Source of the DNA: a virus
Taxonomy: Duplodnaviria; Caudoviricetes
DNA length: 34,997 nucleotides
Strand: one strand, 5' to 3'
Virus record (IMG/VR): IMGVR_UViG_3300020045_004338
Span: 1 to 34,997 of that record
Shown: positions 8,605-18,168 of the stretch, in pieces
Position numbering within the stretch: position 1 is the stretch's first letter
Layout: each line of letters starts with the position of its first letter
Notes under the pieces: model-generated
Database searches by the model: none
What the model saw: only the letters and a program-made list of their open reading frames with translations
What the model was told of the DNA's origin: nothing
Position numbers and translations under genes: made by a program

Positions 8605-10292
8605 CTTCACCTGTTTCCCGGCCGTATGCGACGGTCACTGTTGCGGGTGGGACGGTGCCGGCGTCTGAGGGGTCCGTGGTCCTGGATTCGTCGGTGGTGC
8701 CGTATGGGCGTGCTGATGTGACGGTTGCGTTGCTGGATACGGCGACGGTGGAGGATATCGACCCGCGGGACACGATCCGTGCCGTGGTGGTTGGTGGGGA
8801 TGACGTTGCTGGTACGTCGCGGACGTTTGATTTGGGGGTTCGTTCGCGGACGGTGGATCACGCGGACAGGACGATCCGCCTCGAGCTAGCGACGGATGAG
8901 GCGCTGCTGATCGACTACGCCCCGTTGACGGATGTTGACCTGTGGGCGTACCGGGCGAGCCTGCGGGGGCTGGTGAATGAGGTTCTTGATACGTGCATCC
9001 CTGGTGCAGTGTTGGCGGCGTCTCCGAACCCGGATGCGGATGTGACGCCTCGGTGGGAGCAGACGAACCTGATCGTCAACCCGAATGGTGGCGGCGGGAC
9101 AACAGGGTGGACGGCGGAGGTTTCCGGTGGTGTTGCCGGGTCGTTGTCTACCGCCGTGCCCGCGAGTGTCGGGGATGAGGGCGCGTCCCCGGCGACGTAC
9201 ATCAGGTTTGTGGCGTCGTCGGGTGGGACTGGTACTGCGATCGCCCGGTTCGGGACGACGTTCGCGGAGTCGCCGCGTGTGTCACCGGGGACGATGTACA
9301 CGTTCAGCGCATGGGTATATCAAAACACCGGGGTCGCGAAGTCGATGCGTGTGCTGCTCGGGTTCCGTAACGCGGCGTTCGCTGTGGTGACAAGCTCGAA
9401 CCAGACCGTCAGCGTCCCCTCCGGCGTGTGGACCAAACTGTCAACGACGAGCATCGCCCCAGTGAATGCTGAGGTTGCGGTGGTCACGGCTGGTGTCCTC
9501 GACGGTGTGGCCGCGGCTGACCTGGTGGGTGTTACGGGTGTGATGCTCGCGGAGGGTGCCCGAAACGACCGATGGTTCGACGGTGACCGTGCCGACGAAA
9601 GCATGTACACGTACGACTGGACCCCCGCCGCGAACACCACCCCCTCGACCCGCACCCCCGTCACCGGAGAAGCCGACCGGGATGCGCTGCTGTGGCGGGC
9701 CGGCATGTCCGCATGGGACTTCCTCGAACCCCTCACCGCATCGGTCGGCCTGAAACTGTTCTGCGACGAAAGCCGCGTGTGGCGGCTCGTTGACACAGCC
9801 GAATACTTCGCGGCAGGGCTTATCAGCATCAGCCCCATGAACAGCACCGAAGGCACCGACACGATCGACCTCAACAACCGTGACCTGCATGTTACGGGTG
9901 TCGCCGTCCGGTACAAGTGGGTGGACTCTGCAGGGCGGGCACGTTCCCGCACCGACACCGCCGGCGCACCAGGGCGTGTCCTGATCCTTGAAGTGGAACG
10001 CCCCTGGCCCGGTGCCGGTGTCGCCCAAACAGTCCTGAACCGGCGTACCGGTCAAGGCCGCGAACAGGAAACGGTCAGCCTCGCGAACTGGGAAGCGACC
10101 CCCACCCAGGTCGTATCGATCTCCCTCCCCGGCACCCTCGACCAGCTGGGGCAGATCGAATCCATCAACTGGGGTCTGAGTAACGGCCTCATGGCTACCC
10201 GTACACGTGAACTCGCGGACGTGCTACCCGGCTCGATCGATTCCCTCACCGGATTCATAGCCGACCTGCCCGGGTTCATCGACGCACTGTAA
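8601..10292 (+). CDS. Minor tail / hub protein with inserted carbohydrate-binding-like domain
   Basis: TNLIVNP...GW...PGTMYTFSAWV...WTKLS...WFDGD...YDW beta-sandwich signature inside a tail hub ORF. Confidence 0.7.
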   Translation: MTSPVSRPYATVTVAGGTVPASEGSVVLDSSVVPYGRADVTVALLDTATVEDIDPRDTIRAVVVGGDDVAGTSRTFDLGVRSRTVDHADRTIRLELATDEALLIDYAPLTDVDLWAYRASLRGLVNEVLDTCIPGAVLAASPNPDADVTPRWEQTNLIVNPNGGGGTTGWTAEVSGGVAGSLSTAVPASVGDEGASPATYIRFVASSGGTGTAIARFGTTFAESPRVSPGTMYTFSAWVYQNTGVAKSMRVLLGFRNAAFAVVTSSNQTVSVPSGVWTKLSTTSIAPVNAEVAVVTAGVLDGVAAADLVGVTGVMLAEGARNDRWFDGDRADESMYTYDWTPAANTTPSTRTPVTGEADRDALLWRAGMSAWDFLEPLTASVGLKLFCDESRVWRLVDTAEYFAAGLISISPMNSTEGTDTIDLNNRDLHVTGVAVRYKWVDSAGRARSRTDTAGAPGRVLILEVERPWPGAGVAQTVLNRRTGQGREQETVSLANWEATPTQVVSISLPGTLDQLGQIESINWGLSNGLMATRTRELADVLPGSIDSLTGFIADLPGFIDAL

Positions 10293-10303
10293 GAGGAGAC
10301 AAC

Positions 10304-11125
10304 ATGGCTATTGGTGACGATGCTGCTGCGGCGGGTATGGCTCTGGTTGCGGGTGGGTCTACCCTCTCGAACACGATCGACACGGAGATCAACCGTACCC
10401 GCGATTACATTGCGCAGCGGACTTCAACGGTGGTTCCGGTTGCGTCTGGTGGTACGGGTGCGACGACTGCTGCCGGTGCCCGCACGAACCTGGGTGCGGC
10501 GGCGTCGAGCCACACGCACGACTGGGCGTCGGTAACCGGGAAGCCGTCCACGTTCACCCCGTCAACCCACACCCACACGATCGCGTCCTTGACTGACCGT
10601 GACAACCTCGATCTCCACAACATCAGCGCACGGTACGGGTCACGGGTCGCGTTCACACACAAGATCGACGTGACCGGGGATGTTACCGCGTCGGGCAACG
10701 GGACGTTCGCCGCCGCATGGGACTACAACATCACCACAACCCGCCGTGCCGCATGGATCGATGACACCGGCAAACTGGGCCACACCGCGTCGACCCGCGC
10801 GTCGAAGCAGAACATCACCCCCGCCGCGTTGACCCGCGCCACACTCACGCAGATACCGGTGGTGCTGTACCAGTACGCGGCGGAGTTGGCGAAGCGTGAG
10901 ACGGACCCCGGCTACCATGTCGCGGTCGAGATTGGGACACTCGCCGACGACCTCCACGACCTGGGCCTGTGGCAGTTCGTTGTGTACGACGGTCACGGCC
11001 CGTCCGCTGTGCCCGTGTCAGTCCATTACGAACTGCTCGGCCTCGCTGGTATCGCGTTGGGGCAACTCCTCGCCGCCGAGCTCGACGACCTGACCGTGCG
11101 TGTGGTCGCGTTGGAGTCCGCATGA
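10304..11125 (+). CDS. Tail fibre with C-terminal chaperone-like (peptidase S74-like) domain
   Basis: GGTGATTAAGARTNLG, HTH..W..VTGKPSTFTPSTHTH fibre motifs, STRASKQNI cleavage-like motif, coiled-coil end. Confidence 0.8.
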   Translation: MAIGDDAAAAGMALVAGGSTLSNTIDTEINRTRDYIAQRTSTVVPVASGGTGATTAAGARTNLGAAASSHTHDWASVTGKPSTFTPSTHTHTIASLTDRDNLDLHNISARYGSRVAFTHKIDVTGDVTASGNGTFAAAWDYNITTTRRAAWIDDTGKLGHTASTRASKQNITPAALTRATLTQIPVVLYQYAAELAKRETDPGYHVAVEIGTLADDLHDLGLWQFVVYDGHGPSAVPVSVHYELLGLAGIALGQLLAAELDDLTVRVVALESA

Positions 11126-11841
11126 TCGTGAACCCGTTTACCCGGTTCGACGTGTCCCGCGGCTGGTCCACCGCACACCCCGCGATCGACTACAAGACCC
11201 CGATCGGGTTCGAGTTCACGTCGCCGGCGGATGGTTCGTATCACCGGATGCCGGACCAGTTGACGTGGGCACCGGGTCAGGCGGGCGTGTGGGGGAAGAT
11301 CCGGCTTGAGGATGGGTCGGTTATCACGGTGTGCCACCTGGACCGTCACCTCGCGGCGGATGGTGCCCGCGTCCGCGCCGGCGTCACACCTGTGGGCGTG
11401 ACGGGGAACACGGGGTATGTGATCCCCGCCCCGTCGCGTGCGAACCCTCACGCCGGGGCGCACATGCACACATCCGGGTTCACCCCCACGGGTGCCCGTT
11501 GGAACTGGACCCTCGACGTTTCCGCACCAGCTGGTGGCGGATCTGAACCTCTCCCCACCCCTTCGAAGAAACGGACCCCCGACATGCTCCTCGCGCACAT
11601 TCCCAACAAGGCCGGTACGGGCCGTCACGAGTATCTGATCTTTGGGCCGCAGGGTGCTGTGATGCGGTTCACGGGTGAGACGGCGGCGCGCGCGTTCGAG
11701 AAGCAGATTGGTGCCGTGTCGGCCCCGGTCGGGCAGTCGTTCTTCAACGACCTGCTCGAGCTTGCCGGTGGTGTGCAGAAGTTTGAGCTCACCAACGCCG
11801 ACGAGGTTGGGGGCGTCACCCTCAACGTGACCAAGGCGTAA
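11122..11841 (+). CDS. Endolysin, peptidase M23 family
   Basis: HPAIDY (HxxxD), CHL, GVTGNTG, GAHMH (HxH); start ATG 11122 coupled to the fibre stop. Confidence 0.85.
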   Translation: MIVNPFTRFDVSRGWSTAHPAIDYKTPIGFEFTSPADGSYHRMPDQLTWAPGQAGVWGKIRLEDGSVITVCHLDRHLAADGARVRAGVTPVGVTGNTGYVIPAPSRANPHAGAHMHTSGFTPTGARWNWTLDVSAPAGGGSEPLPTPSKKRTPDMLLAHIPNKAGTGRHEYLIFGPQGAVMRFTGETAARAFEKQIGAVSAPVGQSFFNDLLELAGGVQKFELTNADEVGGVTLNVTKA

Positions 11842-11845
11842 CCCG

Positions 11846-12067
11846 GTGAGTGAGTCGGAGGAACCTTCGGTGCGGGTCACCCTGTCCAGCATCTACGAGA
11901 AGCTGCTCGACATGGACCGGAAGTTGGACCCGGTGCCGGGTCTGGTGAATGACCATTCTTCGCGGCTGCGGAAGCTGGAAGTGCAGGTGGCGGTGCAGTG
12001 GGTGGCGTTTGGGATTGTGATTGCGACGGTGGGGACTCTCGCCGTTCGGACGTTCTTCGGTAACTAA
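11846..12067 (+). CDS. Small lysis-cassette membrane protein
   Basis: Coiled-coil DHSSRLRKLE followed by one C-terminal hydrophobic helix. Confidence 0.7.
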   Translation: MSESEEPSVRVTLSSIYEKLLDMDRKLDPVPGLVNDHSSRLRKLEVQVAVQWVAFGIVIATVGTLAVRTFFGN

Positions 12068-12077
12068 AGGGGTTGTG

Positions 12078-12353
12078 ATGAGTGAATCTGTTGTGCCGGC
12101 TGGTGTGGTGTTGGCGGCGAAGCGTGGGTTTGTGCGGACGACGGCGCAGGCGTATGCGGCGACGATCCCGACTGGTGGGATCAGTGTCGCCGCGATTGTC
12201 GCGTTTGCTGAGTCGCCGGATTGGATTGTCGCGGGGATCACTGTTGCGGCTGCTGTCCTGTCGCCGCCGCTCGCCGGGTTGGCGTCGTACCTGTCGATCA
12301 TCTCGAAGGGTGTCCCCGCCGAGTACCAGGATGTTCAATTCGGTGGACTCTGA
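12078..12353 (+). CDS. Holin
   Basis: KRGFVRTTAQA motif, hydrophobic segments, position after endolysin; AAGGGG RBS. Confidence 0.75.
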   Translation: MSESVVPAGVVLAAKRGFVRTTAQAYAATIPTGGISVAAIVAFAESPDWIVAGITVAAAVLSPPLAGLASYLSIISKGVPAEYQDVQFGGL

Positions 12354-12377
12354 CCGCCCGTAAACCTCTCAACCCTC

Positions 12378-12404
12378 ACCCCGCCCTGTGCGGGGTTTTT
12401 GTTT
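12378..12404 (+). terminator. Rho-independent terminator after the lysis cassette
   Basis: ACCCCGC-cctgt-GCGGGGT followed by TTTTGTTT. Confidence 0.75.
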
Positions 12405-12446
12405 GCCCGAAACCGCCCCGTGGGGGCTTGAACGAAGGAAGATCAC

Positions 12447-12794
12447 ATGGCTTTCACGAATGCTTCGAAGGAGACGGCGGCGCTCGCTGTGACCGCTACG
12501 GGTGCGTACATCAGCCTGCACACTGCGGACCCTGGGACGACCGGTACAAGTGAGGCGACCGGGGGCGCGCCGGCGTATGCCCGGAAGTTGACGACGTGGA
12601 CTGGTGGCGGGTCGGACGGGTCTGTGCCGGGTTCGCAGGTCACGTTTGATGCGGCGGCGGGCACGTACACGCACATGGGGATTTGGTCGGCGGTGACCGC
12701 GGGGACGTTCGTTGCCGGGTTCGCCCTGTCCTCGAGCGTCACACTGGGTGCGCAGGGTCAGATCCTCGTGACCCCCACGGTGTCGGTGGCCTGA
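12447..12794 (+). CDS. Small virion fibre/structural protein
   Basis: YISLHTADPGTTGTSEATGG..YARK and THMGIW motifs of a widespread phage fibre-associated family. Confidence 0.7.
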   Translation: MAFTNASKETAALAVTATGAYISLHTADPGTTGTSEATGGAPAYARKLTTWTGGGSDGSVPGSQVTFDAAAGTYTHMGIWSAVTAGTFVAGFALSSSVTLGAQGQILVTPTVSVA

Positions 12795-12795
12795 G

Positions 12796-13632
12796 GTGGC
12801 GATCACCACACGTGACGGCCTGATTTCGGCGTTGGCGTCGAACTCGTCACGCCTGATTCTGGATAAGGCGTCGTTGGCGAACCAGACCGCGGGTCGTTAC
12901 ATTTCGATGTGGCGTGCGACGGGTCAGCCTGCGCAGGGCGCGATCCCCGGCACGACCCCCGCAGTGTGCACGTCGGCGACGTTGGGGGCGATGGGGTTCG
13001 CGAACCAGACCGCCCCCGCCGCGTCTTACCTGGGGTGGATGTTCGCGGTGTCGTCTAACGCGACCACTTCCGTCGAGGTTCACGACCGCATCGCACACAA
13101 CGGCGGTCTGGTGTTGAACGTCACCACGTCGCAGACGGTCACAGGGTTCAACCTGGCAACCCTCGCACCCTCGGCGGCGCGCGTCGGTGACGCGAACTAC
13201 TCCGACCTGCAATGGTGGCTCGAGGTGTACACGGACGGTGGCGCGACCGCATCCAACGCGACCATCAACGTGACGTACAACGACGACACGACGGGGAACC
13301 TGAACGTGCAGGCGGTGGGTGGCACGATCCGCGCGGGCAACATGTTCGCCCTGACGCCCCTCATCCCCACCGCGCAGCAGGGGAAGTTCATCAAGGGCAT
13401 CAACTCGGTGATCCTGTCGGCCTCGACGGGCACGGCGGGGTCGTTCGGTTTCACCGTCACCCGCCCCCGCACCGTCATGTCCACCGTCGTCGCGAACAAG
13501 ACGGAGGTTGCCGACTGGGCGCAGCTCGGACTCCCCGAGATCGCTAACGACTCCTGCCTGGTCCCGGTTGTCCTTTCCACCACAACGTCAGCGGGTACCC
13601 TCCGCGGTGGCGGGAAGATCGCGCACGGGTGA
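12796..13632 (+). CDS. Hypothetical virion protein (Thr/Gly/Ala-rich, beta-rich)
   Basis: GTG start after GAG; sits in the fibre-like module; composition. Confidence 0.65.
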   Translation: MAITTRDGLISALASNSSRLILDKASLANQTAGRYISMWRATGQPAQGAIPGTTPAVCTSATLGAMGFANQTAPAASYLGWMFAVSSNATTSVEVHDRIAHNGGLVLNVTTSQTVTGFNLATLAPSAARVGDANYSDLQWWLEVYTDGGATASNATINVTYNDDTTGNLNVQAVGGTIRAGNMFALTPLIPTAQQGKFIKGINSVILSASTGTAGSFGFTVTRPRTVMSTVVANKTEVADWAQLGLPEIANDSCLVPVVLSTTTSAGTLRGGGKIAHG

Positions 13633-16058
13633 CCGGCATGTTCCCTGAGGTGCCCCGGTTCAGTGGTGGGGGTGACGTTTGGGATTCGGAGACGGCTGGG
13701 CCGATCCTCCTCGCGGATTACTTCACCGCGGCCCCCGTCGAAACCGTCACCGCGTCGGGCACCCTCACCCTGACCGGCACGGCGGACGTCTCGAGCACCG
13801 CACCCGCTTTCGTCAGCGGGTCGGTACTTGTCGCGCCCATCGGCAACATCAACGCGAACACCACACCCCAAACCCTCGACGCCCCCGCAGGCCTCGACGT
13901 CGGGCACCTCCTCGTTGTTGCGATCTGGCCGGCGCAGGGACTCGGCACCACCAACACGATCACGACCCCCGCGGGACTCACGAAGATCAGCACCGACCCG
14001 GTGAACCCGGAACGTCTCGCCGGGGTCTACGCCACGATCGTCACCGACCCCGCAGACTTCACGGGTGGGATCACGATCGCCACGTCGTCGTTCTCGTCCC
14101 GCCTCGCCGCTGTCGCACAAGCGTGGGCACCCGGTGCCGACCACGAATGGGATTGGGCGACTGTCATCGCCGCTGGTCCCGAGTGGAACGGCACCACCAT
14201 GTCGGCGGACACGTTCCCGGCCTTGTCGGCCCGTGACCTGACCCTCGGCGCGGCGTTCACGAACAAGGGCGCATCCACAACACTCACCACGCACACCGCG
14301 GACGGTGGCGGCACCGACACCACACAATGCCTTGCCGTGTCTGCGGCGTCCGGGTCGGTGTCGGACTCGGTCGTGTCCCTCACCCGCGACGGCACCGGCG
14401 TATCGTTCAACATCGCGCAGGCCAACGGGCTGACGTACACGATCGGCCTCGACCAGGTACCTGTCGGTGGCGGTGCACCGGAACGCACCGGCACCGGCAC
14501 CCTCACCCTGACTGGCACGGCGGATGCAGCCGAATCGCTCCCCACCGTCACCGGCCACGGATTCGTCTCGGTCACGCAGATGCTCGAAACACCGGGCGCG
14601 ACGTGGGCGCACCGCAACCTCGGCGGCACCTACCCCGAGATGACGGAATACGGTGTCCGGTCGGCGGCGAACCTCGGCTACGGCGTCATCGAGATCTCCT
14701 GCCAACGCACGTCCGATGGGGTGTGGTTCGGTGCGCACGACCAGACCCCTGACCGGGTGGCTGTGCAGACCACGCACGACGGGACGAACTTCTCCGCGTT
14801 GACGTGGGCGCAAGTGTCCGCCATGGCGATCAACGTCGGGTCGACGGGTGGGGCACGCCCCTTCGCGACCCTCGAGGATCTGGTGACCACGCTCCCGAGC
14901 GACTTCATCTTCCTGGTGGACCCGAAACAGTCGGGCGACAACGCCACGTACCGGGACGAGTTCCTGGACCTGTTGGACACGCTGCTGGGTCCGACACGCG
15001 CGATCGTGAAGCTCGACGCCTACGCGAACATCAACACGTTCATCGACGCGAAAGCCCGCGACTACCTGGTCGCAACGTACTTCTACGCGGCACCCTCGTC
15101 ACCCACCGGGTCCACGATTGTCGAAGCGCGGCTCCCGTACACCGACCTCCCCGGCCTGAACTACAACGCCACACAGCCCGGATGGGACGACTACCTCGAC
15201 CCCGCCGGCGCTTACTACTCCCTTGCTGTCGGGAAGCCGATGTGGGGGCATGTGTGCGCGTCTCAGGCGAACGCCGACGAAGCGACCGGCAAGGGTGCGA
15301 CGTACATTCAGTCCACGTCGGACACGATCACCCCCGTGGGGGTGGAGGCGTGGACCCCGCAGGTCACCGGCACGGGGACGCTCACCCTTTCGGGGGCGGG
15401 TGTCAGTGTTGAGCGGGAGGTCACGACCGGTACCGGCACGGTCACCCTGTCGGGTACCGCCGCAACCGTACCTGTAGAGGCACGTGCGGCCGCTGGGGTG
15501 CTGACCCTCACCGGGGTGGGTGCTGGTGTCGAACGGGAGATTGCGACCGCCACAGGGGCGCTGACAGTATCCGGCACGGCTGCGGCTGTCGGGCGGGAGA
15601 TCACCACCGCCACGGGCACGCTCACCCTCACCGGGTCTGGTGTCAGTGTGGAACGGGAGATCGTCACCGCAACCGGCACGCTCACCCTCACCGGTACGGC
15701 TGCTGCTGAGGAAGCATCCGCAACGGAAACACGCACCGCCACCGGGACACTCACCGCCACCGGCACAGCAGAGGTGCAGTTCGCGACCGTCGCTGTCGGC
15801 ATCCTCACCCTCGGCGTAGCGCTCACACACGCGATCGCCGCCACCGGGACGGGTGTGCTGACACTCACCGGGGGTGCGTACGTCCCCGGACCCCGCACCG
15901 CCCCCACGTTGACCGCCCCCAACCGCACCCTCACCGGGGCAACGGTCGCACGGACCCTCACCGGCACAACCGGGACACGCACCCTCACCGGCAACACCAG
16001 CACCCTCACCCTCACAGGTGGGGTACACAACCGAACCCTCGAAGGGAACACCCCATGA
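13629..16058 (+). CDS. Fibre-like protein with glycerophosphodiester phosphodiesterase (GDPD)-like domain and GTLTLTG repeats
   Basis: WAHR..GG.YPE.T and IEI..QRTSDG....AHD GDPD-like motifs; many T(A/G)TGTLTL(T/S)G repeats; RTLTG repeats at the C-terminus. Confidence 0.75.
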   Translation: MTGMFPEVPRFSGGGDVWDSETAGPILLADYFTAAPVETVTASGTLTLTGTADVSSTAPAFVSGSVLVAPIGNINANTTPQTLDAPAGLDVGHLLVVAIWPAQGLGTTNTITTPAGLTKISTDPVNPERLAGVYATIVTDPADFTGGITIATSSFSSRLAAVAQAWAPGADHEWDWATVIAAGPEWNGTTMSADTFPALSARDLTLGAAFTNKGASTTLTTHTADGGGTDTTQCLAVSAASGSVSDSVVSLTRDGTGVSFNIAQANGLTYTIGLDQVPVGGGAPERTGTGTLTLTGTADAAESLPTVTGHGFVSVTQMLETPGATWAHRNLGGTYPEMTEYGVRSAANLGYGVIEISCQRTSDGVWFGAHDQTPDRVAVQTTHDGTNFSALTWAQVSAMAINVGSTGGARPFATLEDLVTTLPSDFIFLVDPKQSGDNATYRDEFLDLLDTLLGPTRAIVKLDAYANINTFIDAKARDYLVATYFYAAPSSPTGSTIVEARLPYTDLPGLNYNATQPGWDDYLDPAGAYYSLAVGKPMWGHVCASQANADEATGKGATYIQSTSDTITPVGVEAWTPQVTGTGTLTLSGAGVSVEREVTTGTGTVTLSGTAATVPVEARAAAGVLTLTGVGAGVEREIATATGALTVSGTAAAVGREITTATGTLTLTGSGVSVEREIVTATGTLTLTGTAAAEEASATETRTATGTLTATGTAEVQFATVAVGILTLGVALTHAIAATGTGVLTLTGGAYVPGPRTAPTLTAPNRTLTGATVARTLTGTTGTRTLTGNTSTLTLTGGVHNRTLEGNTP

Positions 16059-16360
16059 TCGTGAAAACCGGCGACACCTACCCGATCACGTTCACCACCG
16101 GGGGGTACGACCTGACCGGCGCGACCGTCCGACTCCTCGCCCGCCGCGTCGGAGACACCACCACCACCGTCCTCCCCTCGACGGTCACCGACGCAGCCGG
16201 TGGCGTCATCACCCACACCCTCACCGGCACCCTCACCGCAGGCACCTACGACATCGAAGCTGAGGTGACGAAAGCGGGTGAGGTGGTCACGTTCCCGACC
16301 GCGCAGGACGACGGCACCCCCATGTTCCTGCGTATGCGTGTGGTGCCCGACCTCGGCTAA
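16055..16360 (+). CDS. BppU N-terminal-like adaptor protein
   Basis: KTGDT.P, DLTGATV, GTYDIEAEVT, TFP motifs. Confidence 0.7.
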   Translation: MIVKTGDTYPITFTTGGYDLTGATVRLLARRVGDTTTTVLPSTVTDAAGGVITHTLTGTLTAGTYDIEAEVTKAGEVVTFPTAQDDGTPMFLRMRVVPDLG

Positions 16361-16371
16361 CCCACACACTG

Positions 16372-16425
16372 ACGGCCCCCGTCGCCCGCCTAACCAGGCT
16401 GGGTGACGGGGGCCGTTCTTTTGTT
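16372..16425 (+). terminator. Rho-independent terminator ending the late operon
   Basis: ACGGCCCCCGTCGCCC / GGGTGACGGGGGCCGT long stem followed by TCTTTTGTT. Confidence 0.85.
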
Positions 16426-16430
16426 GACGG

Positions 16431-16452
16431 ATGTGTGCACCAGTGTGTGCAC
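16431..16452. promoter_or_regulatory. Putative integrase arm-type sites, left arm
   Basis: TGTGTGCAC twice, 12-bp period (16432, 16444). Confidence 0.65.
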
Positions 16453-16522
16453 GGGCGGGTGACAGACGGGGCAGATTCCGCGTATTCTTGCGGGTAAAGC
16501 AGGCGCACGAACCCGTACACCG

Positions 16523-16572
16523 ATTCACTCGTAATGAATAGGTCAAGGGTTCGATTCCCTTAGGTGGCTCCA
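16523..16572 (+). other. attP: attP common core: 3' part of tRNA-Thr(CGT)
   Basis: ATTCA-ctCGTaa-TGAAT anticodon arm, AGGTC variable loop, AAGGG-TTCGATT-CCCTT T arm, AGGTGGC-T-CCA; no 5' half or D arm; directly upstream of the integrase. Confidence 0.9.
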
Positions 16573-16654
16573 CAATTCACCCGGAAACCCGCATGATTCC
16601 GCGGTTCACCCCACACCCACCGGTAGCACCTGCAAAGATACGTGTTGCAGGTAC

Positions 16655-16676
16655 ATGTGTGCACCTATGTGTGCAC
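16655..16676. promoter_or_regulatory. Putative integrase arm-type sites, right arm
   Basis: ATGTGTGCAC twice, 12-bp period (16655, 16667). Confidence 0.65.
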
Positions 16677-16698
16677 GACCACAGAACGGGGGTCAAAG

Positions 16699-17973
16699 AT
16701 GCCGAAAAAGCGCAGCCACGGCGACGGTGGACTCTACGAAATCAAGTCCCGCGGCCTCTGGCGGGGCGTCATTGACGTCGGCTACCACCCGGACGGACGC
16801 CGCCTGCAACGATCTGTGACGGCCCGCACACAGAAAGAAGCACGCGCGAAACTCGACGCACTGAAACGCGAAATCGCCGAATACGGGGCACCGCTCGACA
16901 AAGCACTCACCGTTGAGGCGTGGGCGGAACGGTGGCTGAGGACGGTCTGCGAACCCCGCATGAAACCCAAAGCACTGCAGGGGTACGAGTCCGCCGTGAA
17001 CCATTGGATCCTGCCCACCCTCCGCAAGAAGCGCGTCTCTGCTCTGCGACCCTCTGACATCCGCAATGTGACCCTCGCTGTCACCGATGCGGGGCGGGCT
17101 GTTTCGTCGGCCCAGAAGGTCCACGCGGTCCTGTCGTCGATGCTTGAGGCTGCGCGGCTCGAGGGCATCACGGGGAAGAACGTAGCGAAAGACGTGCTGC
17201 CTCCCGGTACGGGCGAGAACCAGCGCGGCGCACTCGACACCGACGTGGCGTTCCGTGTCCTGCAAGCCGCCCTGAAACGCCCGGACGGTTCCCGCTGGTG
17301 GTTCGCCGTCCTCACCGGGATGCGTCAGGGTGAACGGCTCGGCGCAACACTCGACAGTGTGGACCTCGACCGCCACGAATTCACCGTGCAATGGTCACTG
17401 TCGGAAGTGCGATTCAAACACGGTTGCGGTGACACGTGCGGGAAGCGGCGTGCAGGGGACTGCCCGAAGCGGGCGCACCGCGCCGGCCCCGGCCTCACCC
17501 TGCGACCCCTCGCCGGACGCCTCTGCCTCGTCCGCCCCAAATCCGGCAAGACACGCACGTTCCCCCTCGTCGAAGCCCTCGAAACGCAACTGGTCGAATA
17601 CTTGCAGGCCAACACGAACCCGAACCCTCACCGCCTGATCTGGCGCAACACGGACGGGTCACCAATCACCCCCGAGCAGGATCAGGCCGAGTGGCGGGAT
17701 CTGCTGCTCGACGCGGGCGTGATCAGCATCGAGCAGGCGAAAGCCCCGAAAGACCGGGAGGACGGGACCGACCCGACCCCGACGACACACTTCGCCCGCC
17801 ACACGACCGCCACCGTCCTGATGGAGCTCGGCGTGGACGCGAAGATCATCGGCGAGATCGTGGGCCACGTGAACGTGCGGACGACGCGCGGCTACCAGCA
17901 CGTGTCGTCCCCCGCCGCACGGGCGGCGCTCGAAGCGATCGGCGCGCACTTCACCAGTGTCGGGGACCACTGA
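16699..17973 (+). CDS. int: Tyrosine integrase
   Basis: RSHGDGGLY N-terminus, GMRQGE, PKS, HFARH, IVGH, GYQH catalytic residues; Cys-rich insertion HGCGDTCGKRRAGDCP. Confidence 0.96.
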   Translation: MPKKRSHGDGGLYEIKSRGLWRGVIDVGYHPDGRRLQRSVTARTQKEARAKLDALKREIAEYGAPLDKALTVEAWAERWLRTVCEPRMKPKALQGYESAVNHWILPTLRKKRVSALRPSDIRNVTLAVTDAGRAVSSAQKVHAVLSSMLEAARLEGITGKNVAKDVLPPGTGENQRGALDTDVAFRVLQAALKRPDGSRWWFAVLTGMRQGERLGATLDSVDLDRHEFTVQWSLSEVRFKHGCGDTCGKRRAGDCPKRAHRAGPGLTLRPLAGRLCLVRPKSGKTRTFPLVEALETQLVEYLQANTNPNPHRLIWRNTDGSPITPEQDQAEWRDLLLDAGVISIEQAKAPKDREDGTDPTPTTHFARHTTATVLMELGVDAKIIGEIVGHVNVRTTRGYQHVSSPAARAALEAIGAHFTSVGDH

Positions 17974-18003
17974 TTAGATCGCTCTCATCGAAAAGGGAGA
18001 GAA

Positions 18004-18168
18004 ATGACGGTCTGCGGCGAGTTGTCCGAGTGTTTGGCGAAGTGTCCCGTAATGCGGCTGGGGCGGGTTTGCCCCGATGTGGTCGCGTTCGTGGATGAGA
18101 TCGCCGCGATGGGACTACTTCACGCGGGTCATCGCGTGCGCGACGAACGTGAGGTAGTCGACGCCTAG
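18004..18168 (+). CDS. Small Cys-containing hypothetical protein (54 aa), convergent overlap with the repressor
   Basis: AAAGGGAG RBS; MTVCGELSECLAKCPVMRLGRVCPDVVAFVDEIAAMG... Confidence 0.45.
   Translation: MTVCGELSECLAKCPVMRLGRVCPDVVAFVDEIAAMGLLHAGHRVRDEREVVDA

Noticed and set aside
16523-16572. Functional tRNA-Thr gene
   Set aside because: No 5' acceptor strand or D arm; position next to int marks it as the attP core
224-16573. Long minus-strand ORFs (for example 224-1459, 1639-2799, 6842-8242, 13197-14813, 15308-16573)
   Set aside because: Shadows of well-supported plus-strand genes in high-GC DNA; no recognisable motifs
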